Counted from the first letter of the stretch, positions 28,764 to 44,499 are shown. The stretch is DNA of 64,000 bases from Eledone cirrhosa (GCA_964016885.1 OZ024750.1:18972001-19036000), one strand, 5' to 3'. Notes: a model not told the origin generated them from the letters alone. Numbers and translations are program-made.

Positions 28764-28820
<57 letters not shown>

Positions 28821-28844
28821 CATATACATACATATATATATATA

Positions 28845-28908
<64 letters not shown>

Positions 28909-28910
28909 AG

Positions 28911-29349
28911 AGAGGGCGATAGCCTCGGGGCTTTGCATAGCTACGGCTTTCTAAATGTTAACCATTTCTTTAGAAATACGACATTTCAATAGATATCTGT
29001 TTACAGCTATGCATGAAGCTAATTCCTAATTCTAAGTTGAGCCAACTTATACAGCTTCATATGAGATTAATCACCTCATTTACACAGACGAAAAAACCCC
29101 ATATATTCTCGCCTGTTTTCAAGTCCAGCATTCGCAAGCACGTGAAGGATCGTCCTGATGAGTACCAGTTAAGTTCGAAATGCATCGACGATTGCCCCCC
29201 TTTGCTTCTGCTGGACACCACCAGAGGGCGATAGCCCCGGTGTTTTGCATAACTATGGCTTTCTAAATATTTCCATAAACATACCGTATTTCTTTAGAAA
29301 TACGAAATTTCAATACATATCTGTATACAGCTATGCATGAAGCTAACTC

Positions 29350-29353
<4 letters not shown>
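28911..29353 (+). mobile_element. Partial-tandem (~312-nt period) element with a minimal hammerhead (retrozyme or pLTR-like)
   Basis: Direct repeat 28911-29031 / 29223-29353. HHR at 29149-29192: ATCGTC-CTGATGA-GTACCAGTTAAGTTC-GAAA-TGCA-TC-GACGAT. (TA)n on both sides. Confidence 0.85.
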
Positions 29354-29412
<59 letters not shown>

Positions 29413-29766
29413 GCACAAACATATGCATACATATACATGCATACATGTGTGTATGTGTGTGTGTATATGTGAAAATGTTAACTATTAAAACACAAATACA
29501 CTCCGATTTTTAGATTAATTCTTATGGATATTTTGCATTTCCTTATCCTTACTTTATGGTTTGTTTGGAATCATAAATGTCTTACCTACTTCATCCTTTC
29601 TGGAGCTTTCGTATACATATATACATAGCTGTATACATACATACGTACACACAAACACTCACATAAATATATGTATGTATATATTTGTATACATATAAGT
29701 AGATACAATATATATATATGTATGCACGTATTTATGTTTGTGAATGTATGTATATATATATATATG

Positions 29767-30096
<330 letters not shown>

Positions 30097-30131
30097 CATA
30101 TATGTATATATGCACGTATTTATGTTTGTAA

Positions 30132-30175
<44 letters not shown>

Positions 30176-30230
30176 GCATGTATTTATGTTTGTGAATAGA
30201 TATATGCAAATATATAAATGTACACACACA

Positions 30231-30303
<73 letters not shown>

Positions 30304-30703
30304 GTATATATGTACACATACATATATATTTTTCTTTTTCGTGTTACCTTTCAGCCTGAATAACCGTAATCCTGGTTATTGCAACCTTTTTAATGTGCAA
30401 GAGAACCACAAGAGTAATTTTGTGTCCGTTTCTCATTTGATACTGGATGGAAATAAAACGAAGAATAACCATCGTCTCTACGATCACTCCATTTAGGAGA
30501 TAAAACCACGAAAGACTGCAAATGTTGTCGGCGATCCTAAGAAATTTATTGACCGATACACAATATCAAGTTTTCGTCGAGAAATAGGAACAATCAATCC
30601 TTAATAGAAAAATAGAATATAAAAAAATGTATACATATATAAATATATATGTATATATATATATGTGTATATATATGTGTATATATATGTATATATATAT
30701 ATG

Positions 30704-30847
<144 letters not shown>

Positions 30848-30849
30848 TA

Positions 30850-30938
<89 letters not shown>

Positions 30939-30968
30939 GTATGTATATATATATATATATATATATGA

Positions 30969-31007
<39 letters not shown>

Positions 31008-31040
31008 CACATATATATATATATACATACATATATATTC

Positions 31041-31126
<86 letters not shown>

Positions 31127-31154
31127 ATACATATATATATACATATATATATAC

Positions 31155-31195
<41 letters not shown>

Positions 31196-31239
31196 CACAC
31201 ACATATATATATACACATATATATATATATATATGTATA

Positions 31240-31343
<104 letters not shown>

Positions 31344-31548
31344 TATGTATGTATATATATATATATGTACATATATATATATATATATATGCGTATAATA
31401 AGTGTGAAAGCTTGAGTGTCTCGATAACACATGTTTAGAAGTTTAAAAGAAAAGTTATTTTATCACACACACATACACACTCTCTCTCGCTCTTACATAC
31501 ACATATATAATATATATATATTTGTATATATATATATATATAATACAT

Positions 31549-31583
<35 letters not shown>

Positions 31584-31748
31584 AATATTTACACACACAC
31601 GCACATATATATATGTATATATATATACATCTACATTTATATATATACACACACACACACAGACACGCATATATGCAAATTCACAAGTACCCACTCATAA
31701 ATACACACACACACACACACACACACACACTCCCAGACTCACACATAC

Positions 31749-31787
<39 letters not shown>

Positions 31788-32099
31788 AATATTTACACAC
31801 ACACGCACATATATATATATGTATATATATATACATCTACATTTATGTATATACACACACACACACAGACACGCATATATGCAAATTCACAAGTACCCAC
31901 TCATACATACACACACACACACACACACACTCACACACACTCACACATACACACATATATATATATATATCGGTTGTGACACATGATCAAGTAACTTGCC
32001 AAAGCAGTACAAGTCCAAAATGATAAGTTTGTTTTCGTGAAAGCACTGAGGAATACAAATGTTGTTTGCTTTTTCAGGAGAATGATGAGTTGAATCACA

Positions 32100-32595
32100 C
32101 TCCTGATATTTATGGAATAGAAGGAGAATGACAGCCAGCTGTAGCAGATGATTTGGCACTCTCTGACGAAGTGGTCAGCTCGAAATATTTGGTGTTTTAT
32201 CTGAGTCGCGACAAAGCAATTTATTTCACGTTTGGACCTTCCGTATTTACTAATGCGGCAAATTGGCAGGTTCGTTCAAGTGACGTATCGAATGCTATAC
32301 ACATCTGTATACAAGATACGCATGTTGTTAGAATGATTTACGAAAGAGTCGCTGGACAGATTCTACGAGCAAAAACCAACAGGCAGGAGATCCAGGAGTA
32401 GAACCCCCAAGCAAAATAGTTGGATAACATCTATGAGCTCGGTTGGTGCTGGTCTAGCTTGGGTATCCAGCTGGATCAATTGAAAAAAGTTGTTTCTGAC
32501 AGGACCTGCTGGAAGGAATGTTAGAGGACTCTTCTTCCCCCATGACCCTCTCAGGAATAACTGGGCAAAGAAGAAGAAGAAGAAGAAGAAGAAGA
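32100..32595 (+). mobile_element. Degenerate RTE-type LINE 3' end with a (GAA)n tail
   Basis: Broken frames read LSDEVVSSK / QILRAK(P)TGRRSR / LDNIYELGW / LGIQLDQLKKVVSDRTCWKEC, typical of RTE C-termini. Confidence 0.55.
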
Positions 32596-32767
32596 ACAAC
32601 AACAACAGCAGCAGCATTTGCACTATTCGCTGTGATACTCTGTCAGTTGTGTTCAAATCTCACCAATGTCAGCTTTGCCTTTCATATTTTCGTACCAATC
32701 CGGCACTGGGTTCGATTCTGCCACTATCTGTCTTTTTAACTTTCTCATTCACATTATATTTCGTCTT

Positions 32768-32892
32768 GCCATTCTGAGTTCAAACCCCACCGAGGTTAAC
32801 TTTGCCTTTCCTCCTTACGAGGTCGTTAAAATAAAGTACCAGTAATGCACTGGGATAATTGCTGGCCTTGTGCCAAAAGTAGATCCAATTAT
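32768..32892 (+). mobile_element. 5'-truncated SINE S1
   Basis: B-box GAGTTCAAACCC plus central domain and 3' end. Confidence 0.8.
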
Positions 32893-33187
32893 ATTTCGTC
32901 AGACCTGGCAAGGGATGTCTCCCGTCAGGGTTAAATGTCCCACCCTTACTGACACCACCACCCCGCCACTAAACCCTTACCAGGAGAGAAGGTCTCATTC
33001 CTGTACTCACTATTGTCACACACCATTACTAGCTTCCCCAGACCTTACTGTTTACTTTTAAGTTATGTTCCAAACACTAAAGTGAATGTTAGTTATTTTA
33101 CAAAATCTCTCCAAATCCTTGATTATTCTAGAAATTATTTGAAAACTATAAGTATTATATTTTATTAGAAATATAATAACGAAAGGG

Positions 33188-33260
<73 letters not shown>

Positions 33261-33353
33261 TATATATTATGTATACTCCAGTCCTACAAACTGTAGAGTG
33301 CTTCTTATCCGATATCTGCATTGCTTTATTGTACTACAATAAAACTCACCTCC

Positions 33354-33389
<36 letters not shown>

Positions 33390-33503
33390 TATATATGTAA
33401 ATGTATGTATGGTCCCATAACTCCCGATAGAGTCGTAGGGGGTGACGTATTGACATACGGCGTTTCTTGAGCATTCTTAAGCCTGGCGGAACCCCCCCCC
33501 CCC

Positions 33504-33622
<119 letters not shown>

Positions 33623-34546
33623 AGCCTTCCATCATAATTTTCTGTAAGAACTTGTGTTAAGTTATCTTCCAAACATTAAAATAATAATGAGAAAGTTAGT
33701 AATATTACCAAACTTTAATTATTTTATAAATGATATGGAAACCATAAGTATTATCTTTCATCAGAAGTAAAGAAATGTAAGAGTTAATATATTTTACGCA
33801 AGCATTTTCTTTTTTCTTATGACTCTTATTAAGAAAAATCTAAAAATGCAAAATACGTAAAGCTGTCGTGAATGTAAAAATAAATGCTGATGGTTAATTT
33901 TGATTGTTAAATATCTTGTTCTTTATTTTACACTCTACTACAGAGTCTGAAGAAGTTTTGACATTTTGTCCTTCTTCAATAATCCTCAAATTAGAATGTG
34001 AACTTTATATAGAAATAGAAAGTGTGACGATATTGAACTGAACTATAATATGGACCTCTGTCGGTTTCAACGATGAGTTTTTCAGTTGGAAGATCAGCAG
34101 AACAACCTGATCGTGAAACTAACGTGCATGTAGTTGAGCAATCTACAGAGACATGTGTAGCCTTAACGTAACGTAATTCTCAGGGAGATCCAGTTTGACA
34201 CTGGTTAATTCATAGGGGCACCGTAGTGATATACAACGTATCTTGGATATTTTAAAGAGGAGAGAAAGAGAGAGAAGGGGTAAAAAAAAAAAGGAGAGAG
34301 AGAGGTAGAGTGAGAGAAGAGGTTAGAGGAAAAGAGGGAGAAAGAGGTAGAGAGATAGAGAGGGATAGAGGGAAAGAGGGAGAGAGAGAGAGAGATAGAG
34401 ATAGTGAAATGGTCGATCTCGAGTCCTGTATTGATCCTTTATTTAACGACCGCAAAAGAATGAAAAGCAAATTTAACCTTGACGTAATTTGACCTCAGAA
34501 CGCAGTGAGCTGAAATAAATATCGACACCCTAACAATTCACCGCCT

Positions 34547-34637
<91 letters not shown>

Positions 34638-35460
34638 ACGTATCGAAAGACTGGTTTAGTGGTTCTGAGAACAATGCGGCTTTGCAGATGATCAATGCAA
34701 ATTGACAATGGAAAGGCGCTCCCGCTCGAGTTAGAAGAGAACTATTGACCTTCAGGAGAAGCAGCGACCCTTGATTGTATTCAGCAACCGAAACAAATAT
34801 GAAGTACACCAAATCCAATACTCCTAGGGGCGGCCTTGGGTCTTCTTATTTGCGAGTGTAAACTCGGCGAGATTAGATTAGATGTATATACTGGATTCGA
34901 ATATATATATTTCTACTGGCAGGATTTGAATTCAGAGAGCAGAGAGCTAAATGGAATAACGTGAAGCATTCTATCCGATATTCTAATGATTCAACAAATT
35001 CGCCACCTCTAGGCAATCTCAAACAATAAATCTTTAGCCTTCATAAGCTCAAACAAAGATATCGATAAAATCTGTTCTATCTAAAAATTTCGTTCTAAAA
35101 AACAAAAATCCAGAATTTTTTTTTTTTATTCACACTATGTCTCTTGTCTTTTGTAACCAGTAATTCTCAGAAAGGGTTTTTTTTCAATGTCAGCTAATCA
35201 GGTCCAATCGATGTGTGTACAAAAACGGTTTTTAAAAACACAAGGACAAATTGAGAACTGGGAACGAGAAAATCTACCTAACGTTATTGAGTACTATTTT
35301 CACTTGATTCTTTTCCAAACCTCTATAAAAACCAGCATACATTGTATGTATATATATGTATATATATCGATATCGAAAAGCTGATGAGGATCGGAAACTC
35401 CGATTAGTAATTCATACTGTGTCACTTTTAAATAATAGGATTCCACTTTATATATATTTA

Positions 35461-35905
35461 TACTAGCAGAGGTACCCGGCGTTGCTCGGATATTAAATAG
35501 CAATTGTGTATACCATTTATGTCAATACTTCAGTGTTGCTTCGAAAACTATACTTTTACAAAATCATCGGCTTTTTCCAAAAGGGGGTTCCTGCCCCCAG
35601 GAGTTCCCTACCCAATATGTGCCAATTCTGAGAGTTCACATTCATCTGTAGGACAAACGTAGCCCATGTGTCAAGTTTTGTGTAAATCGGTTGCGAACTC
35701 CAGAAGTTAGGACGTTTTGTTGCATTGCACTGCAGTGCTTCAGTCGACTCCAAGGAAGTGGTTAAAGTGGTTAAAGAGGTTATCTGCCGGGGGGCCCTAT
35801 AATCAATATCTGGAAAAATGACAGTGCCCATGACCATCCGGAGTACATAAGTAACCTATGTCTTAAGTTTGGTGAAAATACTGTAGAAATGCATAAGGTT
35901 TATAC
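35461..35905. mobile_element. Helitron/Helentron-associated non-autonomous element
   Basis: Terminus TACTAGCAGAGGTACCCGGCGTTGCTCGG (CTAG plus subterminal hairpin) and internal AAGTTT..AAATCGGTT-type repeats; ends in a microsatellite. Confidence 0.6.
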
Positions 35906-35909
35906 ATAC

Positions 35910-35941
<32 letters not shown>

Positions 35942-36514
35942 TTATGTGTGTGGGTGTGTATGTATTTGTATGTGCGTATGTATGTGTATGTCCGTCGGGG
36001 CATACGTATGTACTGGCCTAAATCTTCACTATTTATTTTACTATTTTAATAACCTCTGTCATTTTCGTTTTCAATTTTATTTACATTATTCTTAAACTCC
36101 GGGGCTGGAAATCATTCTGTTATTTTAAATAGAATATTAGTCTAACGACTCCATTTATACCATAAACTTGGTCTTGTCTTTGCATGAAATTGTTCTTCAC
36201 GCTCCACATAACAACGTATCATCCTCGCTTTTTCCCGGTTCATTGCCAGGGAACGTCTTCACGAACCAAAATATCGTCTTCCTGTTTTCGTTCGGTTGCA
36301 ACGTTTCTCGAAATAATTACTTCTGCGTTCACAGATTACTCTCAGTTCATCTGACTCAGTTTATCCGACTACATCGTCCGACCACTTCCAATTTATATAG
36401 TAGATTTGTTTATATATGAATGACAAAAAGAAAAGTACAAAACTATACAAGAATTGTTTCTACTAAACCTTCAATTTAAGACACAACCTACATATTTGAT
36501 AGGACTCCAGCTCA

Positions 36515-36648
36515 CTTCTTTCTTCTTTATTCCTTCTTCCTTCCTTCTTCCTTCCTTCTTCCTTCCTTTTTCCTTCCTTCCTTCCTTCCTTCCTTCCTTC
36601 CTTCCTTCCTTCCTTCCTTCCTTCCTTCCTTCCTTCCTTCCTCTTTCT

Positions 36649-36725
<77 letters not shown>

Positions 36726-36810
36726 TTCTTCTTCTTCTTCTTCTTCTTCTTCTTCTTCTTCTTCTTCTTCTTCTTCTTCTTCTTCTTCTTCTTCTTCTTC
36801 TTCTTCTTCT
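36515..36810. repeat. (CTTC)n-(CTTT)n-(CTT)n polypyrimidine tract
   Basis: Visible directly. Confidence 0.95.
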
Positions 36811-37217
36811 GGAACATTGGGCTGCGAGCCATCCCACACAACGCCATGTTCTGAGTCTGCTTTTCAATTCCACCGTGATGCACGGTGCGTCATGGTGTAT
36901 CTAACCATTTTTTTAGGTCTTACTACGGCTGATTTCTTCCAGAGAGAAAGAAAGAGATGGAAAAATGCAGAGAAGATTCATCCCCGGAGGAATAATAAAA
37001 AATGTTTACACTGTACATTTCATTTTTTCAAAGCTAAAGCTGCCGATCCAAAATCAGTAATTCAACTCCCTAATATATGCTGTTCTCGCATGAATATTAT
37101 GCTAAGGGGCAGCTATCCACAAAGTAAGATTTACTTGCATATCCCCGCTCATATAAACACATAAATACATGCATACATACATTACAGTTGATATTTTTTT
37201 TTTATTAAAGCGTTTTC

Positions 37218-37295
<78 letters not shown>

Positions 37296-37574
37296 CGAAA
37301 CATAAGTCAATTGCATGAACTCATAATCCTTTATTTACTGCTTTATTTGTATGAAATTGTAAATAAGACAAAAGTATTAGAACAGGGGGAAATAACTCAC
37401 CGAACGCGATAGTTTTGGGGCCCCAGGGACCACATTTTTCAAGTTAGAGATTTGAAACCTCGTCTATTTGCTTCCTTGGTACTTTTTACATAGGTGTGTA
37501 AATTTTCATGTCAGTCTGACGACGTCTACTACCATTTAACCGTGCACATCTGAATTTCAACCACCACCCATTTC

Positions 37575-37633
<59 letters not shown>

Positions 37634-37997
37634 TATATATATGCAGAAAATAGACGTAATATTTTCTTCACACACACATGCAAACACCACACCACACCAC
37701 ACCACACCACACACACATACATACATACACATATTGAATAAAAAGCTATTCGGTATTTACACTCGCTGTCACACACACGCACACACATATATAATACGAT
37801 GGTACGATGATATATTATATCCTTATAAATAATTCTCAAAATTTCCAAATTCACCATATTCCCCAAAGACAATGTGATCCTTTAATTTATTATCTCAGCA
37901 GTGAAGAAAGGAAAATACAAGAAACTAAAAAGAATATTAATAATCTTCCATATTTCTAAAGTCACCTTATCTTATTCTACTCGGCATTGTTTCGCTG

Positions 37998-38575
37998 TAT
38001 AATATAATATATAATATAATATAATATAATATAATATAATATAATATAATATAATATAATATAATATAATATAATATAATATATTATAATATAATATATT
38101 ATAATATAATATACAATACAGTACAGTATAAAACAATACAATATAATACAATATAGTACAATACGATATGACATAATATCAATATAATATATAATATATA
38201 ATATAATATATAATATAATATATAATATAATATATAATATAATATAATATAATATAATATAATATAATATAATATAATATAATATAATATAATATAATAT
38301 AATATAATATAATATATTATAATATAATATATTATAATATAATATACAATACAGTACAGTATAAAACAATACAATATAATACAATATAGTACAATACGAT
38401 ATGACATAATATCAATATAATATATAATATATAATATAATATATAATATAATATATAATATAATATAATACATAATATAATATAATACATAATATAATAT
38501 AATATATAATATAATATAATACATAATATAATATAATACATAATATAATATAATATATAATATAATATAATATTA
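37998..38575. repeat. (ATATA)n pentamer array with a duplicated interruption block
   Basis: The block ACAATACAGTACAG...GACATAATATC occurs at ~38113 and ~38345. Confidence 0.9.
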
Positions 38576-39045
38576 TAAAAAGCAGATATTTTATGAATAG
38601 GTGAAGGCATATTAAACTATTAACAGCGGAAGATCCTTGAGAAAATATTACATCTGCTCTGGTGTTGAAGAAATTAAAATTTTGTACATGGTTACGTAAG
38701 GCGGAGGATTGTTGAAAACATCGAATTGGAGGCTTTGAGACATTCATTCCGGTTTTGCGTTCTGAGTTTAAATTCCACCGGAGTCAACTTTGCCTTTCGA
38801 TAAATACAGTATCAGTCCAGTACTGGGGTCAATTCATACTCTTACTCTTTCTTTCTCTCTTTGGAAGAAATCAGTTGTGTTTAGACCCGGAGAGGGATTG
38901 ATTTCGTTAGAATTAAAATACCCAATATGGCGCCCTTAGACTTCACCAAGAGACGGAACTAGCTCCTCGTGAAATCAACGTGTAAGTGGTTGAGTATTCT
39001 ACTGGCAGTTTATTACAGGATCAGTCCATCGGGCAGGCTTCCAAA

Positions 39046-39285
39046 AAGTTTTCGTATGCCCAATTTCACTCACAAGGTTTGGGCGAAACCGAGGCCCATA
39101 AACAAGTTTTCGTATGCCCAATTTCACTCACAAGGTTTGGGCGAAACCGAGGCCCATAAACAAGTTTTCGTATGCCCAATTTCACTAACAAGATATGGGC
39201 CAAACCAAGTCCAAACACTTGCCCAAAATGCCAAGCAATGCGATCGAGTCTGGAACCTAAGGATTGCTTAGCGAACTTAACCATG
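39046..39285 (-). mobile_element. Second-family SINE remnant with an internal 58-bp tandem repeat (about 2.4 copies)
   Basis: AAGTTTTCGTATGCCCAATTTCACT at 39046, 39104 and 39162. Confidence 0.65.
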
Positions 39286-39957
39286 CTGCATCAATATACG
39301 TCTTAAAAAACAGCACTAATAACACAACCCTATATACTTTCAACTCTGTTGCCATCTCTTCCCTTTTTAGAAGGAAACGAACGATATTTCAGGATTACGG
39401 TGTTTTTACTTTACAACTCTCAACATTTTTTTTATCTCCACTTTTAAAGAGTCCTTCCTCGCTGTCAGAAACATTAATCAGCTGCTCATCTAATCCGCAA
39501 TGCTTCAACAAAGGATTGGCATTTCTTCTTCTTCTTCTTCTTCTTCTTCTTCTTCTTCTTCTTCTTCTTCTTCTTCTTCTTCTTCTTCTTCTTCTTCTTC
39601 TTCTTCGTCGTCGTCGTCGTCGTCGTCGTCATCTCCATCATCATCATCATCATCTTCCGCCCCATCCCCCCTACCTATCTGTCAGGTAGATGCTACAAAT
39701 ACGTCACGAAACAATGATGGAGTTCACAGCCGCCATTTTAATTCTGTTTTGATCCTAGGCAATCCTTTCACAAAAATGGGAGATCAACATAGCAGATATG
39801 TAATAATAATAATAATAATAATGGTTTCTTTCTTTCTTTCTTTCTTTATTTATTTCTTTATTTAAATAATAATAATAATAATGGCAATACTAATAATAAT
39901 ATGAACAACAACAACAATAATAATAATATGAACAGCAACAACAACAATAATAATAAT

Positions 39958-40141
39958 AATTGTTTCTACTTTAGGCACAAGGCCAGCAATTACCCAGTAC
40001 ATTACTGGTACTTTATCGAACCCGTAAGGATGAAAGGCAAAGTTAACCTCGGCGGGATTTGAACTCAGACTGTAAAGGGACGTAACTATGCTAGAAAACA
40101 TGGCGTCCAACCCTCTACCGATACTGCCAATTCACCGCCCT
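39958..40141 (-). mobile_element. SINE S1, full length
   Basis: Matches the S1 consensus, with an (AAT)n tail. Confidence 0.85.
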
Positions 40142-40695
40142 TATAATAATAATAATAATAATGATGATAATGACGATGATGATGATGAGGATAATGATAA
40201 TAATAACAACCATAAATAAATAAATAAATAAATAAAAACTAACAATAACAATAAAAATAATAATAACAGTAAAAACAATAATGATTGAGCGATGATAAAT
40301 GAGAAATGATATGTCTTTTATCACTCGCTCCCCACTTCAGTATCAAATCAAATAATCAAGAGACTTGGCAGACATTTTCAACGCTTGTCGTCAACTTTTG
40401 AGATTCAGAGTGAAATATTTTGAAAACCTAGTTTCAAAGATTGATAGTTACAGAAGAGAGAAAGAACGAAAGAAAGAACGAAAGAACGAACGAAAAACAG
40501 GAAAGAAGAAGAAGAAGAAGAAGAAGAAGAAGAAGAAGAAGAAGAAGAAGAAAAAGAAGAAACGTTAGCTTGTGAAAAATATGAATTATTCTAACCGCAT
40601 TGAGTTATAAATATATACAAAAAGAAAACGTATGTATGTATGTATGTATGTATGTATGTATGTATGTATGTATGTATGTATGTATGTATGTATAT

Positions 40696-40755
<60 letters not shown>

Positions 40756-40766
40756 TTTATATTTAT

Positions 40767-40812
<46 letters not shown>

Positions 40813-40945
40813 ATATAGATATGCATAAAGTTTGTTTTGCTTTGCCATCCGTTTGAAATTTGCATTTAATAAATCTACAATCATTTAACTCTCCAACACA
40901 CTCACAACACCCCCCCCCCCCCCACACACACACATGTATACATAA

Positions 40946-41111
<166 letters not shown>

Positions 41112-41183
41112 ATATATAATAAACATTCGTTGTACTGCCTCTCTGTTTTGTCCCTGTTCAAATTTTTCCATTATATATATATA

Positions 41184-41231
<48 letters not shown>

Positions 41232-41233
<2 letters not shown>

Positions 41234-41413
41234 CGAAGGAAATGTGGTAAGGAACCGGGTGGACCATAACGCACCAAAGTACTCAATACTTGAGATAGTA
41301 GAGTGGGTAATAGGAACCAGTAAGACCCCGACAGCTGAGCTCAAGCCGTTTCGACGGTCCAGAATTAGCCGTCGAAACGGCTTGAGCTCAGCTGTCGGGG
41401 TCTTACTGGTTCC
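41232..41413 (-). mobile_element. Family A element, copy 4
   Basis: Tail 41232-41310 plus palindrome; both arms share the private CAGCTG variant. Confidence 0.85.
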
Positions 41414-41443
41414 TATATATATATATATATATATTCTTCCCTG

Positions 41444-41515
<72 letters not shown>

Positions 41516-41522
41516 TTCCCTG

Positions 41523-41556
<34 letters not shown>

Positions 41557-42738
41557 CAGGGAAGAAAACACGAAGAATGAAGTGTTATAACGGCAAATAT
41601 AAATATAAGACCGTATTAAATAATTAAGATAGATTTCTCTCTGTACTGTCATTGAAGATGGAATTGGTGCATAGAAGTCTTGCCGATCCTGGAGACAGTT
41701 AACAATAATTTATGTGCTGCTACATATACATGTGTATTAACCCTCAATAATGTATATATAATACACACACACACACAGAAACTCACACACAAACACACAC
41801 ACACATACGAATATATCCGTGCGTGAGTGTGTGTGTGTGTATGTGTGAATGTATGTGTGTGTGTGTATTAGAATTCGTTTGTAAGATACCGTAGTTGTTA
41901 AAACATTCAGACAGTAACTACAATACGTGTAGGAGACTATATTTTATATATATTATGAGTAGAAAAATAGCAGTGACTTCGTAGTTTTAGTTTGGTCGTT
42001 TCATCTGTATTCGATTGCCCACGTTTATGAATAACTAAAATCAATGCAGCTAGGGTGAAATTCATTTTAATGTTGTTATGCATTTACTATAGACCCGGGT
42101 TAACCCATGCCTAATGACTGAAATTGAACAGACATTAACCGTTTGAAAGCCTGTCGGAAAGGCTGTACCTGTAATTCAAACGGGCGAGCTGTGTTTTACA
42201 CAATGAGTCTTTTTGAGAATTACGATAAGGGTACACATATCTGTGGAATGTCCAGCTACTTAAACACTAATTTCATAAGCAGGACGTTCTGTTGATCAAA
42301 CAATTTTAAACCACCATCATGGAAAACAACGAAAGTCTATTTCACTTTCCATTGAGCCTTGAACACTTGATGTCATCTCACGCGGAATTTGTCTGGGTTT
42401 GGGTGAATCGACGTTTAACCACTGATAATTTAACATTAGATTAAGTATAAACATTCCACTCATATGACCCCTAACTGAAGGCAGAATTGTTTATATTTTT
42501 ATTTGTTATATCAAGGAGAAGCTAGTGAGGTGATTCAAAATATAAGATTTATTACGACGTTATCACCTGATCTTACAACATCTAAACTAAATGAAACAAT
42601 AAAAATCTAGCCATGTTTTTTTTTTATTCAACAAAGAAAATTAAATCTATATAAAGTCTCTCGTATCAGAAATTAGCGTCATATACAGTACACACACACA
42701 CGCACACACACAAACACGCACACACACGCGCACACACA

Positions 42739-42886
<148 letters not shown>

Positions 42887-42951
42887 AGATTATATATATA
42901 TATATGTTATGGAACTGTTAGTTTCTCGCTAAAACAATTTCTATACCTTTC

Positions 42952-43022
<71 letters not shown>

Positions 43023-43069
43023 CATGCTAACATACACACACATACACACACATATATATATGTATTTAC

Positions 43070-43111
<42 letters not shown>

Positions 43112-43114
<3 letters not shown>

Positions 43115-43319
43115 AACGAGTAGGACCCCGACGGCTGAGCTCAAGCCGTTTCGATGGCTAATTCTGGACTAGAATTTTTTAGTCCAGAATTAGCCGTCGA
43201 AACGGCTTGAGCTCAGCCGTCGGGGTCCTACTCGTTCCTATTACCCACTCTACTACCCTAAGTATTGAGTACTTTGGTGCGTTATGGTCCACCTGGTTCC
43301 TTACCACATTTCCTTCGTT
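43112..43319 (+). mobile_element. Family A element, copy 5
   Basis: Palindrome with loop AGAATTTTTT plus tail; (TA)n on both sides. Confidence 0.85.
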
Positions 43320-43337
43320 ATATATATATATATATAT

Positions 43338-43439
<102 letters not shown>

Positions 43440-43708
43440 CATACATACACATATATATACACACTTGCCTGCACACACACACACACATATATATAGAGAT
43501 ATATACATACACACATACATACATTCTTACTCAGACACATTCACACACACAACACACACAAATAGACATACACACCATTATATACAACGAAAGTATATAT
43601 GTGTGTGAATGTGTCTGAGTAAGAATGTATGTATGTATGTATGTATGTATGTATGTATGTATGTATGTATGTATGTATGTATGTATGTATGTATGTATGT
43701 GAGATCAT

Positions 43709-43780
<72 letters not shown>

Positions 43781-44085
43781 GATCTCACACTGAATACAAT
43801 GACAAAACAAACCGCAGTTGTTTCGTATTTGGTTTTGCGTAATCATTTTTTTAAAACATTTTTTTTGAGATATAGACTGAAGGAAGTTGTTAAAAAAATA
43901 CATGTACCTTTCTATAATAGAGGCATCAACAGAATCTAAGTGATTCTCAGAACAATTACTAGCATTTTTGGAAACGTTTCAAATAAATAATCTCTATTGT
44001 TCTTCAAATAAATTTGTATATTGAGAGATGGGTGAAGGTGATACAGCTGTTGCTGTTGCTTTTAATATTGTTGCGGTTGTTGTTG

Positions 44086-44117
<32 letters not shown>

Positions 44118-44292
44118 GGTGGTTGTAAGGATGCTGTGGGTGGTGGGTGGCGTTTCTATTGCTGTTCTTTGTGCTGTTGTTGTTGGTGTTGGTGTTAATA
44201 TGGTGGTTGACCTTATGAAATATATCCTATTTCACCGTTTGGTATTACGAATACGTGTGTTTTTTTTTCAAATTAAAAAGTCGTTATGTATG

Positions 44293-44342
<50 letters not shown>

Positions 44343-44463
44343 ACGACTTATATATATATATACATATATATGTATGTAAAAGGTAAACAGAAATAACAAC
44401 ACAATCGGTACTGTACATGGAAGGTATATATTAGGTTAACGCTTGATATAGCAGGAAGAGGGG

Positions 44464-44499
44464 TCTTGACGTTTCGGACGCTAGTCTTTCATCAGAAGA
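44464..44499 (-). ncRNA. Minimal type I hammerhead in a PLE-like element (element from ~44376)
   Basis: TCTT-CTGATGA-AAGAC-TAGC-GTCC-GAAAC-GTC-AAGA: 4-bp stem I, GUC site, and stem III reduced to the self-complementary ACGT. Confidence 0.8.

Noticed and set aside
30330-30496. Plus-strand exon after TTTCTTTTTCGTGTTACCTTTCAG
   Set aside because: Good acceptor-like site, but the peptide is unrecognisable and there are no partner exons.
32160-32195. CTGACGA...GAAA hammerhead-like motif
   Set aside because: No NUH site or stem I pairing; it coincides with RTE coding remnant LSDEVVSSK.
35380-35410. CTGATGAGGATCGGAAACTCCGAT as a hammerhead
   Set aside because: GAAAC lies in the loop of an ATCGGA/TCCGAT hairpin and there is no stem III or cleavage site; at most a fragment.
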